This document shows, piece after piece, positions 30,188 to 39,090 of a stretch of DNA of 64,000 bases; position 1 is the stretch's first letter; the number at the start of each line of letters is the position of its first letter. The notes beneath the pieces were generated by a model. That model did not search any database. It saw only the letters and a list, made by a program, of their open reading frames with translations, and was not told the origin of the DNA. The position numbers and the translations under genes are program-made. Location of the stretch: positions 71,087 through 135,086 of the forward strand of contig LCFM01000005.1 in NCBI GenBank assembly GCA_000999025.1, written 5' to 3'. The DNA comes from Parcubacteria group bacterium GW2011_GWA2_43_13 (GTDB lineage: Bacteria; Patescibacteriota; Patescibacteriia; UBA9629; GWA2-43-13).

Positions 30188-31897
30188 TTATGAAGTTATA
30201 TGTTTAATCATATATATTTTTTCTAATTCATATCCTAATTTTTTATAGTATTCTCGTGTTCCAATGCCGGAAATGACAGCCATTTTTTTGTAGCCATGAT
30301 CTCGTGCAATGCTTTCTGCTTTTTGGATGAGTTGTTTGCCCAAGCCAGTATGCTGGGAAGTGTACACCTCTTTGCCGTTCAACGGGGTTAGTTGACCATA
30401 ACTATGCACTTCTCGTATGATAGCACATCCTTTAAGTTCTGAAATAAACGGATGGGTGATGTTATCTGGTAGGCGAAGGCGGAGAAATGCGTGGAGGATA
30501 CGGCTTTCGCCCCCCCTCCTGCCCGAGGAGGGGGTAGGGGGTGGTGGGAGGATATTTATTTTTTCATACCTCACCCTACCCTCTCCTATTTTAGGAGAGG
30601 GTGACGACGACGTCTCAAACGATAAAAAGTATTCTTTCCCGCCGGTTGTGTCAATCGGTTCAATGAAACATTCAGCGTTACTTGAATCAATAGATTGATT
30701 TCTTCCCAACTCCTCTCTGCATCGTATACATTTGCACAGCAATCCTTTTTTTTGCATGTGCGCTTGAATATGCTCGCGCAGATTTGAAATTTTTGAACCG
30801 GCAATAATACTGGTCGCCGGAATATCACGGATGAGTCGGGCAATACGGACGTAGGGTGGGATAATGGTATGTTTGACATGCGCAAGAAGGGTTATCAATT
30901 CATCGTCTGTGTATGGTTTCCATATACCATCGCGCCACATTTTTTCCATAATGGGCGTGAAAGAGGGGAGTACTGTGGGGTATATTTTCATTTCATCTGG
31001 TTTAAAATCCGGATGCTGGAAAAGTTCGTTGTACATCTCGGTATCTTTTTGGAGATTTGACCCTGGAAGGTTTGGCATGGTATGGTAATTGATTTTAAAG
31101 CCAGCGTCTTTGAGCCAACGCGTTGCATCACGAACCTGATCCCGAGTTTGGTCACGTTTAATAAGGGTGAGAACATCATCATGCGTTGATTGTACGCCTA
31201 ATTGCACGCGGGTCGCGCCAAGGGCGCGCATCCGTTTTATTTCTGTTTTTGTAATATGATCGGGCCGGGTCTCAAGAGTAAGTCCAACACATCGGTGTTG
31301 CGCTGTTTGGTTGATGTCATGCGTTTCTTTTAGTAGTTGATTATGGGATGAGCGGTATGGTGTACAGTGCGTAGTATCATAATGGAAAATAAAATCATTC
31401 ATTGCCTGAAAACAACGTTTAATAAACCATGTTTGATACCGGCGTGGGTAAAATGACCATGTCCCACCAAGTACAATAAGTTCGATTTTTTCCGGCCGAT
31501 GCCCATTTTCATAAAATGAGTGCAAACGGATGACAATTTGTTTATAGGGGTCAAATTGTTGTTTAAGCGCGCGTGCCGCGGCTGGTTCATTAGAGAGGTA
31601 GCTTTTGGGCATGCCACGCTCTGTAGGGCAGTACACGCACCTGCCGGGGCAAGGGAAGGGCTTGGTAAGCACAGTGACGGGTGCGACTCCTGAAATAGTT
31701 CTGATAGTGCGGCGTTTTAACATGTGCAAAAAAAGCGGGTCTGGCGTAACTTCTCCTTTTTTGATACGTTCATGGTAGTCCTTCAGTAGTGCCCGATTGG
31801 GTGGGATAGGGATATGTAAAGTACGCGCCCATTTGCGTTTTGCCGCATGGAGATCGTTTTTTGTATGGATTGTTTCGGAGAGAAGGTGGATAAGCAT
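30188..31897 (-). CDS. Elp3-homolog: radical-SAM plus GNAT acetyltransferase (tRNA carboxymethyluridine synthase-like), with an in-frame repeat insertion
   Basis: It has a radical-SAM CxxxCxxC (CPGRCVYCPTE) and a C-terminal GNAT fold. The repeat block at 30509-30620 is translated as ...SSSPSPKIGEGRVRYEKINILPPPPTPSSGRRGGESR... Confidence 0.8.
   Translation of the reverse strand: MLIHLLSETIHTKNDLHAAKRKWARTLHIPIPPNRALLKDYHERIKKGEVTPDPLFLHMLKRRTIRTISGVAPVTVLTKPFPCPGRCVYCPTERGMPKSYLSNEPAAARALKQQFDPYKQIVIRLHSFYENGHRPEKIELIVLGGTWSFYPRRYQTWFIKRCFQAMNDFIFHYDTTHCTPYRSSHNQLLKETHDINQTAQHRCVGLTLETRPDHITKTEIKRMRALGATRVQLGVQSTHDDVLTLIKRDQTRDQVRDATRWLKDAGFKINYHTMPNLPGSNLQKDTEMYNELFQHPDFKPDEMKIYPTVLPSFTPIMEKMWRDGIWKPYTDDELITLLAHVKHTIIPPYVRIARLIRDIPATSIIAGSKISNLREHIQAHMQKKGLLCKCIRCREELGRNQSIDSSNAECFIEPIDTTGGKEYFLSFETSSSPSPKIGEGRVRYEKINILPPPPTPSSGRRGGESRILHAFLRLRLPDNITHPFISELKGCAIIREVHSYGQLTPLNGKEVYTSQHTGLGKQLIQKAESIARDHGYKKMAVISGIGTREYYKKLGYELEKIYMIKHITS
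30509..30620. repeat. Double family B element (CCCCCTCCTGCCCGAGGAGGGGG ... CCCTCTCCTATTTTAGGAGAGGG)
   Basis: Sequence read directly. Confidence 0.85.
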
Positions 31898-31902
31898 AGG
31901 GC

Positions 31903-32040
31903 AATCCTAATCTACTAATACATCCTAATCTGCTAATACGAGTGGGATGTCTCGTCTGTAAAGATTGGGGTAAATATTGGGGTAAATATTGTATCTATAG
32001 CGTGTTATTTGTAGATTCGGATGAATTCGTATATTAGGAT
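31903..32040. repeat. Family E intergenic palindromic element (GCAATCCTAATCTACTAAT... / ...TGTAGATTCGGATG...ATTAGGATTG) in the divergent Elp3/Trm9-like promoter region
   Basis: The arms are read directly from the sequence. Confidence 0.75.
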
Positions 32041-32046
32041 TGATTT

Positions 32047-32829
32047 ATGTCAGTAGTAGAAATATATAACCAAATCGCTGCTCAATTTTCTAAAACCCGC
32101 AATAGAAGTTGGGTTGATTTTGATCTGTTTAAAAAAGTTATTCAGAGGCAAGTGGCAATTGTTAAACATCAATTGTCAGTGTTGGATGTTGGGTGTGGGA
32201 ATGGAAGGTTGTATTCGTTTTTTGTAGAGACGGGATTAACCCCGTCTCTACACTATAGAGGTATTGACGCAAGTGTAGGTATGATTGAGCAAGCGAAGAA
32301 GTGGTATCCGGAGTGTGATTTTCGCGTTGCTGATATGCGGGAAGTGCCATGTGATGATAACAGTTTTGATATAGTTTTTGCGATTGCGTCTTTTAACCAC
32401 ATGTTGACCAAGGAAGACCAAGAAAAAGCATTATCAGAAATATTTCGCGTACTAAAGCCGTGCGGGTATGTGTGCATGACAAACTGGAATTTATGGCGAT
32501 TGACATTAAAAGAAAAATCGTGGTGGTATTATGTGTTTTGTAGAGACGTGTCCCTGGCGCGTCTCATTCGGCGAGGTAAAGATGATGATTGTTTACAGAG
32601 AGACGCCGCAGGGGGTCGTCTCTGCGATCATTCCATGAGAGTTGTCTTGACCCGCTGGAACAACCATGAACTCCCATATTACGCGTTTACTTTACGAGAA
32701 TTAAAGCGCATGGTCAAGCAGGCTGGGTTGAGTGTAGAAACGGCATTGTATAGCAAAAACGGACACAAAGCGCATTGGTGGAATGGAAAAAATATCATAC
32801 TGATTGCGCGCAAAAAGCACTTGACATGA
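32047..32829 (+). CDS. Trm9/ALKBH8-like class I SAM methyltransferase with two in-frame repeat insertions
   Basis: The N-terminal motif IYNQIAAQFSKTRNRSW plus LDVGCGNGR is typical of Trm9-type methyltransferases. The repeats at 32224-32251 and 32539-32627 are translated in-frame. Confidence 0.65.
   Translation: MSVVEIYNQIAAQFSKTRNRSWVDFDLFKKVIQRQVAIVKHQLSVLDVGCGNGRLYSFFVETGLTPSLHYRGIDASVGMIEQAKKWYPECDFRVADMREVPCDDNSFDIVFAIASFNHMLTKEDQEKALSEIFRVLKPCGYVCMTNWNLWRLTLKEKSWWYYVFCRDVSLARLIRRGKDDDCLQRDAAGGRLCDHSMRVVLTRWNNHELPYYAFTLRELKRMVKQAGLSVETALYSKNGHKAHWWNGKNIILIARKKHLT
32224..32251. repeat. Family A element (GTAGAGACGGGATTAACCCCGTCTCTAC)
   Basis: It is a perfect palindrome inside the methyltransferase CDS. 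Confidence 0.9.
32539..32627. repeat. Two adjacent family A elements (GTAGAGACGTGTCCCTGGCGCGTCTC ... CAGAGAGACGCCGCAGGGGGTCGTCTCTG)
   Basis: The sequence is read directly inside the methyltransferase CDS. Confidence 0.85.
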
Positions 32830-32860
32830 ATTTTCATTTTGTTATGATGCGATTATATGA

Positions 32861-32967
32861 AAAGCCAATGGATTACTATTTTCTTTAGCACTCCTAACCT
32901 GACGTAGTCAGTCGGCTTTTCATACGTGGCGCAGTGTAAAAGATCCGACTGATGTCGGGTTTTTTGT
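32861..32967 (+). promoter_or_regulatory. Structured leader/terminator region upstream of the DAHP synthase gene (GAAAAGCC...GGCTTTTC outer stem, CTGAC-GTA-GTCAG inner palindrome, then CCGAC-TGAT-GTCGG followed by TTTTTT)
   Basis: The hairpins are read directly; the function is unknown (terminator of the upstream gene and/or an attenuator). Confidence 0.4.
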
Positions 32968-32995
32968 TCCTTTTTTATGAGGGGAGTTTATTCTC

Positions 32996-34141
32996 ATGAT
33001 TGTTCACATGGTTACCGGCATTGGATTGGGCGATGCTCGTGTCAACTGCGTAGTGGAAAAGGCAAAGGCATTGGGACTCAATGCAACGGCAAGAGTTGTT
33101 CATGGGACACATTTCGTTACCGTCGAGGTGTATGTTTTCGACAGTAACGGAAAGAGCGCTGGTGAGTTTTCGACGCATATTTTCGAGAATCTACCTGGCG
33201 TCGAAAGTGTGGCGCGGGTTACGCCGTCGGCGGTCAGGATGGCATGTACAAATCCTGATGATGCCAGGCGTGTTACTATCGGGAAGCATCAAATCGGTCG
33301 CGGTTTGCCGTGTCGGCTTATCACAGGACCGTGTACTGTAACGAGGGACGTTGGCCGATTGATTCCGATGATAGTAGATACGGGGGCGATGTGGATTCGT
33401 GGCGGTTGCTGGAAGCCACGAACCAGAGCCAATTCGTTTCGCGGGTTTGGTGTGTTGGCCGTTGAGTGGCTTCTCACTGCCGCGCGCGAGAACAACGTTG
33501 AAGCTATATTCATCGAAGTCATGGATACACAGCACATTGCCCAAGTGCGGGCAGTGCAAGAGTCCGTCGGCTTTGAAGGCGCGATTGTGCTTTGGGTGGG
33601 CGCGTGGACATCAAATCAGGCCTTGCTCGAAGCGCTTGGCAAGCAGGATAGATACACGGTGATGCTGAAGCATCATCCCTGGGATATCGGGATTGATGGC
33701 ATGATAACGCGAGCCGAATTCGTCCTTGCAGGAGAAATGGAATGGGATGAAAGAGGGGAGTTGATTCCAGAGGCAAGCACACCGCAGGGCAACAGCAATG
33801 TTTTACTGTGCGTGCGGGGAGTCAATAAACCCGAATCAAGCCGACATACCCTGTATCGGTTTATGCCGAATGCGGAATGGATCAGCGCACTTCACCAACG
33901 GTGTTGGGCACCTGTGGTTTGGGATCCGTCTCATATCGCTGGTCATACAGACCTTGTGTGGGGAGTTTTAGCTGAAGGGTTGAGATATCGGCCAGAAGCG
34001 GTCATGGTCGAATGTTGGTTCGACCCCAATGATCCTCGTAAGCCACTGTGCGATGCTGAACAGGCGATTCCGATGAACCAAGTGCCCACGTTGCTAAAGC
34101 TTATTGAGGGACACAACCAAAATCTCACAGAACAAGCGTAA
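32996..34141 (+). CDS. 3-deoxy-7-phosphoheptulonate (DAHP) synthase, type I-beta-like with an N-terminal ferredoxin-like domain
   Basis: The motif GGCWKPRTRANSFRGFG matches the KPRTS-PYSFQG signature of the DAHPS/KDO8PS family. An N-terminal domain of about 90 aa is present, and GC is about 53%. Confidence 0.6.
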   Translation: MIVHMVTGIGLGDARVNCVVEKAKALGLNATARVVHGTHFVTVEVYVFDSNGKSAGEFSTHIFENLPGVESVARVTPSAVRMACTNPDDARRVTIGKHQIGRGLPCRLITGPCTVTRDVGRLIPMIVDTGAMWIRGGCWKPRTRANSFRGFGVLAVEWLLTAARENNVEAIFIEVMDTQHIAQVRAVQESVGFEGAIVLWVGAWTSNQALLEALGKQDRYTVMLKHHPWDIGIDGMITRAEFVLAGEMEWDERGELIPEASTPQGNSNVLLCVRGVNKPESSRHTLYRFMPNAEWISALHQRCWAPVVWDPSHIAGHTDLVWGVLAEGLRYRPEAVMVECWFDPNDPRKPLCDAEQAIPMNQVPTLLKLIEGHNQNLTEQA

Positions 34142-34156
34142 GTGATTGACTTTACG

Positions 34157-34197
34157 CAACCCCCTCTCGTATTCGTTTACGAGAGGGTTGCTTTATT
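34157..34197 (+). terminator. Terminator (CAACCCCCTCTCGTA-ttcgt-TACGAGAGGGTTG followed by CTTTATT)
   Basis: The hairpin is read directly, after the DAHPS gene. Confidence 0.6.
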
Positions 34198-34265
34198 AAA
34201 GGAGTTTTATTAGAATCAAAGGGGATTGTCGCCGAAGGGTACTCGGTTAGAGAATTTTTTTTTCT

Positions 34266-35633
34266 ATGCAATTAGATGAATCAATATTTAAGGCGTATGA
34301 CGTGCGGGGGGTATATCCTACCCAACTCAACGAGGAAATCGCGGAAAAGATGGGCAAAGCGTTTGCGGTGTTTATTAAACAGCAGGTCGGCAAAGAAGAG
34401 GGTATTCGGGTGGCGATGGGTAGGGATACGCGGCTTTCATCTCCTCAACTTTTTGAAGCCGCAATTGCTGGTATTCTTGCGCAAGGTGTTGATGTTGATG
34501 ATATCGGGCTTGTAAGCGCGGATGTGATGTATTTTACTGTCGGACATGGGGAGTATGACGGAGGCATGATGGTATCAGCATCTCACAACCCGAAAGAGTA
34601 TAATGGATTTAAAATGCTTTCAAAGGGTGTTAAATTCATCAGCAGTGTGTTTGGTCTGCCTGATATTAAAGCGTTGATTGTTAAAGATGAATGGAAAGAA
34701 TGTGCGCATGGCACGCGAACTCAAAAAAAGGTTGTTGATGATTATATTGATTTTGTTTTTTCTCATATTTCTGCCACAAAAATCAATCCATTAAAGATTG
34801 TAGTTGATACTGGCAATGGTATGGCAGGGGTTGTTGCGCGAAAGTTGTTTGCCAGATTAAAGGGAGAGTTTGTGCCCTTGTTTGAAGAATTAGACGGGAA
34901 TTTTCCTGGCAGAAATCCAAATCCATTAACTCCTGGCGCATTAGATCCATTATCTACAAAAGTAAGAGAAGTTCACGCGGATTTAGGCATTGCATTTGAT
35001 GCTGATGCCGATAGGTTGTTTGTAGTTGATGATACTGGTGCTGTTATTCGCAATGATTTGGTGTTGGGAATTGTTGCGCAGGTTGTATTGAGGTCTCATG
35101 CTGGCGGGGCTGTTGTATATAGTTTGAACTGCTCGCATACAGCTCCTGAAACAATTACAGAAGCAGGGGGACGGCCTGTCCGCGCGCGCGTTGGGCATAC
35201 ATTTATTAAAGAAACCATGAAAGCGGAAAACGCGGTGTTTGGCGGAGAAGCGTCTGGGCATTTTTATTTTCGTGAAAATTTTTATTCTGAATCAGGATTT
35301 TTAACTGCGTTGGTACTGATGCAGTATATGAGCGAGCAGGGGAAACCGCTTTCGGTATTGGCGCAAGGATTGGATCGGTACGCGTATCAGCCCGAAACTA
35401 ACCGCAGGGTAGAAGATCGCAGTGCTGTGATTGCGCGAGTAAAGGAAAAATATAACAATGGCCGTCAAGATGAAACAGACGGGTTGGTTGTAGAGTATGA
35501 TGATTGGTGGTTTTTGTTGAGGCAATCAAATACCGAACCATTAGTGCGGTTGGTTGTTGAGGCAAAGACAAAAGAGTTGATGCAGGAAAAAGTAAATGAA
35601 TTGCTTGATATCATCGGCGGCGAGCCGGAATAA
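34266..35633 (+). CDS. Phosphoglucomutase/phosphomannomutase
   Basis: It has the active-site serine loop SASHNPKEYNGFK and a Mg-binding DADADR-type motif (FDADADRL). Confidence 0.9.
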   Translation: MQLDESIFKAYDVRGVYPTQLNEEIAEKMGKAFAVFIKQQVGKEEGIRVAMGRDTRLSSPQLFEAAIAGILAQGVDVDDIGLVSADVMYFTVGHGEYDGGMMVSASHNPKEYNGFKMLSKGVKFISSVFGLPDIKALIVKDEWKECAHGTRTQKKVVDDYIDFVFSHISATKINPLKIVVDTGNGMAGVVARKLFARLKGEFVPLFEELDGNFPGRNPNPLTPGALDPLSTKVREVHADLGIAFDADADRLFVVDDTGAVIRNDLVLGIVAQVVLRSHAGGAVVYSLNCSHTAPETITEAGGRPVRARVGHTFIKETMKAENAVFGGEASGHFYFRENFYSESGFLTALVLMQYMSEQGKPLSVLAQGLDRYAYQPETNRRVEDRSAVIARVKEKYNNGRQDETDGLVVEYDDWWFLLRQSNTEPLVRLVVEAKTKELMQEKVNELLDIIGGEPE

Positions 35634-35636
35634 AGT

Positions 35637-35720
35637 AACCTCATCCTACCCTCTCCTTGTAAAGGAGAGGGAGATGACGACTCCCCCTCTCTGATAGCTT
35701 CCGCCAAAGGCGGATATGCC
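35637..35720. repeat. Family B element (CCTACCCTCTCCTTGTAAAGGAGAGGGAG ... TTCCGCCAAAGGCGGATA)
   Basis: The sequence is read directly, between convergent genes. Confidence 0.85.
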
Positions 35721-35765
35721 TATGGTAGTGGCGGATCAGGACGGGCATTTGTAAAGAAGAAGGGA

Positions 35766-36764
35766 TTACAACAATCCGCATTTTTGTTTTACCTCTTTTA
35801 TTGTTTGTTGTGCGATTGCGCGGGCGGTTTCTGTTCCATTCATGATAACCTCGGTAACATATCCTGGATTTTGTTCAAGATTTTTCCGTTTTGTTTGGAT
35901 TGGTTCTACCATGGCAATAACTGTATCTGCCACGGCGGATTTTAAATCTTTATATTGAAGCGTTTTTTCGTTATAGTGTTCCATCAGATTCGCGACAAGA
36001 GATGTTTCTGCTCCGCATGCTGTAAGGATAGTGAAAAGATTTTCCACGCCCGCAGGCATTTTTTTTGCGCCTGCAGAAGAATCAGTTACAGCACTCATGA
36101 TTTTTTTGCGAATAGTATCAGGATCTTCAAACAGGCCAATGTAATGTTTTTCACCACGGCTTTTGGACATCTTTTTTTCCGGTTCTGCCAAACTCATGAT
36201 GCGTGGAGTGGGAGTGAGCATGACTTTGGGCTCGGGAAATGTTTTGCCAAATAGTTTATTGAATTTGCGAGCCACAATGCGTGACAACTCAACATGCTGG
36301 GTCTGATCTTCTCCAACTGGTACGCCGATAGTTTTATATAGCAAGATATCTGCCGCCATAAGCACGGGATAGGTGAGTAGGCCTGCATTGATATTATTTC
36401 GATGCTGATCTGATTTATCCTTGAATTGCGTCATGCGTTCCAGTTCTCCGAGTGGGGTGATGGTGTTGAAAATCCACGCGAGTTCAGTGTGTTCCGGAAT
36501 ATGGGATTGGATAAAGATGTGGCACTTTTCAGGATCAAGCCCTGTAGAAAGGTAAGTGAGAATAAGATTTTTTACCCGTTCAGGCATGTCTTTTGGGTCA
36601 TATTCGATCGTCATTGCATGATAATCAACAATAGTGAAAAAGCACTCATATTCGTGCTGGAGGGCAACCCAATTTTTGAGCGCTCCTAAGTAATTTCCAA
36701 TATGCAACTCACCAGTTGGTTGCATGCCGGAGAATAATATTTTTTGAGAGGTGGAGGGGGGCAT
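35766..36764 (-). CDS. trpS: Tryptophan--tRNA ligase
   Basis: The class I motifs HIGN (TGELHIGNYLG) and KMSKS are present. Confidence 0.95.
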   Translation of the reverse strand: MPPSTSQKILFSGMQPTGELHIGNYLGALKNWVALQHEYECFFTIVDYHAMTIEYDPKDMPERVKNLILTYLSTGLDPEKCHIFIQSHIPEHTELAWIFNTITPLGELERMTQFKDKSDQHRNNINAGLLTYPVLMAADILLYKTIGVPVGEDQTQHVELSRIVARKFNKLFGKTFPEPKVMLTPTPRIMSLAEPEKKMSKSRGEKHYIGLFEDPDTIRKKIMSAVTDSSAGAKKMPAGVENLFTILTACGAETSLVANLMEHYNEKTLQYKDLKSAVADTVIAMVEPIQTKRKNLEQNPGYVTEVIMNGTETARAIAQQTIKEVKQKCGLL

Positions 36765-36844
36765 AGATCTGCAAATTTACTATTCGGATATAGATGGCAC
36801 GTAAGGGTTATTATCAGTTTTCAGTTATCAAATGTCAAATTTGA

Positions 36845-36860
36845 TCCGCCAGCTGGCGGA
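36845..36860. repeat. Family D palindrome TCCGCCAGCTGGCGGA
   Basis: It is a perfect 16-bp palindrome; further copies lie at 18561-18576 and 48644-48659, and a variant at 44575-44590. Confidence 0.9.
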
Positions 36861-36886
36861 GATATTTGATAACTGGCATTTGTAAG

Positions 36887-38710
36887 TTATACTTCAATAA
36901 CCACAGGCAGAATCATAGGTCTGCGTTCGGTTTTTTGGAACAAGTGGATGCCGATGTCATCACGAAGGGCGTTGCGTAAGGGCGACCAATTTTCCACTTT
37001 TTTTGTTGTATGCGCTTTGCAGATATCTTTTACTTTATCAACGGTTTCTTTGATGAGTTTGTCATTGCCTTTCATGTACATGAATCCGCGTGAGATAATT
37101 TCCGGATCGCCAATCAGCGCATGAGTTGAGTGGTTGATAGTAACAATAATAACAAACATCCCATCTTGTGCCATAACCTGACGGTCGCGTAATACAACTT
37201 CGCCAATATCACCAACACCTAATCCATCCACTAATACCGCAGTGTTGGGGATCCTTGTTTTTGAGATGCGCGCGATCACTTCTCGTGTTCGTCCAGCCGC
37301 CATTTCAAGGATACTGCCATTTGAGAGGATAAAGATATTATCGCGTGGAATACCCATGTCTGTTGCAAGTGTTGCGTGCGCTTCAAGCATGTGGCGTTCG
37401 CCATGAATCGGCATGAAATATTTTGGTTTTGTGAGCGCAAGCATGAGCCGAAGATCATTTTGATATCCATGTCCTGATGTGTGGAGATCAAAAATTTTAT
37501 TGTAAATAACTTTTGCTCCAAGCCGAAAGAGTCCATTCATGAGGTTTTGCACAGCGCGTTCATTCCCTGGAATGGGCGATGAGGAAAGCAACACAGTGTC
37601 ACCTTGTTTGATTTTTATCTGTCGGTGTTCGCCTCGCGACATTCTGCCCAATGCGGAATTTTCTTGTCCTTGGCTTCCAGTGGAAATGATTATAACCTTA
37701 TTATCAGGGTAATTATCAATATCTCGCAAGCGAACGAACATATCGCGTTTAACATGCATTGCTCCGAGCTTTATTGAAATATCAATTGTGCGTTCAAGAG
37801 AATATCCTGAAATCGCAACTTTTCGATTATGATGTTCTGCCGCGTCAAAAACTTGTTGAACGCGACTGACTAACGTGGCAAAGGTTGAAACAATCACGCG
37901 ACCCGGAGCTTCTTCAATCAGATGATCAAGGTTTTTGCCAATATCGCGTTCCGAGATAGAAGATCCCGGATGTTCTGCGTTTGTGCTATCTGACATAAGC
38001 ATCAGCACGCCTTCTCCTCCTAATTTTGCTATTTTATGGAGTTCTGCAGGTTGTTCGTCCCGAGGCGTGAAATCAATCTTAAAATCGCCAGTATGCACGA
38101 TTGTGCCTAACGGGGATTTAATGGCAATGCCGACTCCATCGGGGATGTTGTGATTGACTCGAAAGAACGACAGTTCAAACGCGCCTAACTTGATGGTGTC
38201 ATCAGGATGAAACTCTTTTACCATCACAGTTGACGTAAGGTTGAACTCTTCAAGTTTTTCTTGAATCAGCCCGACAGTTAACCGTGTCGCATACACAGGT
38301 GGAGTGCCAATACGTGTAAGCAGGTAAGGGATTGCTCCGATGTGGTCAAGATGGCCATGCGTAATGACAAGCGCTTTGATGCGATCTTGGTGTTGTTGGA
38401 GATAGTGATAATCCGGCACGACATAATCAATGCCAGGCATATCTTCCGAAGGGAACATGAGCCCAAGGTCTACAACAATAATATCTCTGCCATATTCAAA
38501 GGCAGTCATGTTTTTGCCAACTTCTTCAAGTCCTCCCAGTGGAATAACTCGAAGTTGCGATTCTGCACTCGTTGATCGCGGGAATGGGGCGCTACGGTTT
38601 GTTCTGCCGTTTCTTCCGCCTCCAATTCCGGGCGCTCGCCTGCCGCGAGTGATCGGCCTGCGATGGGTGCGCGGATACGCTTGTGTCCGCGCTGGTTCTG
38701 TTGGAACCAT
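36887..38710 (-). CDS. rnj: Ribonuclease J (beta-CASP metallo-beta-lactamase) with an Arg/Gly-rich N-terminal extension
   Basis: It has the HGHLDHIG motif, a beta-CASP domain, and an N-terminal stretch of about 50 aa rich in R and G. Confidence 0.9.
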   Translation of the reverse strand: MVPTEPARTQAYPRTHRRPITRGRRAPGIGGGRNGRTNRSAPFPRSTSAESQLRVIPLGGLEEVGKNMTAFEYGRDIIVVDLGLMFPSEDMPGIDYVVPDYHYLQQHQDRIKALVITHGHLDHIGAIPYLLTRIGTPPVYATRLTVGLIQEKLEEFNLTSTVMVKEFHPDDTIKLGAFELSFFRVNHNIPDGVGIAIKSPLGTIVHTGDFKIDFTPRDEQPAELHKIAKLGGEGVLMLMSDSTNAEHPGSSISERDIGKNLDHLIEEAPGRVIVSTFATLVSRVQQVFDAAEHHNRKVAISGYSLERTIDISIKLGAMHVKRDMFVRLRDIDNYPDNKVIIISTGSQGQENSALGRMSRGEHRQIKIKQGDTVLLSSSPIPGNERAVQNLMNGLFRLGAKVIYNKIFDLHTSGHGYQNDLRLMLALTKPKYFMPIHGERHMLEAHATLATDMGIPRDNIFILSNGSILEMAAGRTREVIARISKTRIPNTAVLVDGLGVGDIGEVVLRDRQVMAQDGMFVIIVTINHSTHALIGDPEIISRGFMYMKGNDKLIKETVDKVKDICKAHTTKKVENWSPLRNALRDDIGIHLFQKTERRPMILPVVIEV

Positions 38711-38936
38711 AGAAAATAATACTGTTTATAATAAATAGAGATGTAAGATTCTCGATACGGGTATCCTATCGTTCCATTTATTATAAAAATAATAATAGAT
38801 GATCATTAGTCAGGAAGCCGTTTGTGTGCGGATTTCTCCGCAAACATACTTGCCTGTCCAATGATAAAGAAACATGTGTTTCGTCTTAAAATACCTTTAG
38901 AAAGGTGTCTCGAGACGAAGTACATGAGTGGAATTT

Positions 38937-39020
38937 TGCCCTCAAGAGGACTCGAACCTCTATGAGCTTGCGCTCACTAGCACCTGAAGCTAGCGCGTCT
39001 ACCAGTTCCGCCATGAGGGC
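38937..39020 (-). tRNA. tRNA-Leu (anticodon CAG), long variable arm
   Basis: The cloverleaf was folded by eye: acceptor GCCCTCA/TGAGGGC, anticodon loop TTCAGGT, T-arm GGTTCGAGTCC. No CCA is encoded. Confidence 0.85.
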
Positions 39021-39090
39021 AAAGCACAATCAAAGATAAGTGTAAAATGAAAAAAAATGTGGTTAAGCTTTTTACATTTTGATTTTTGCT

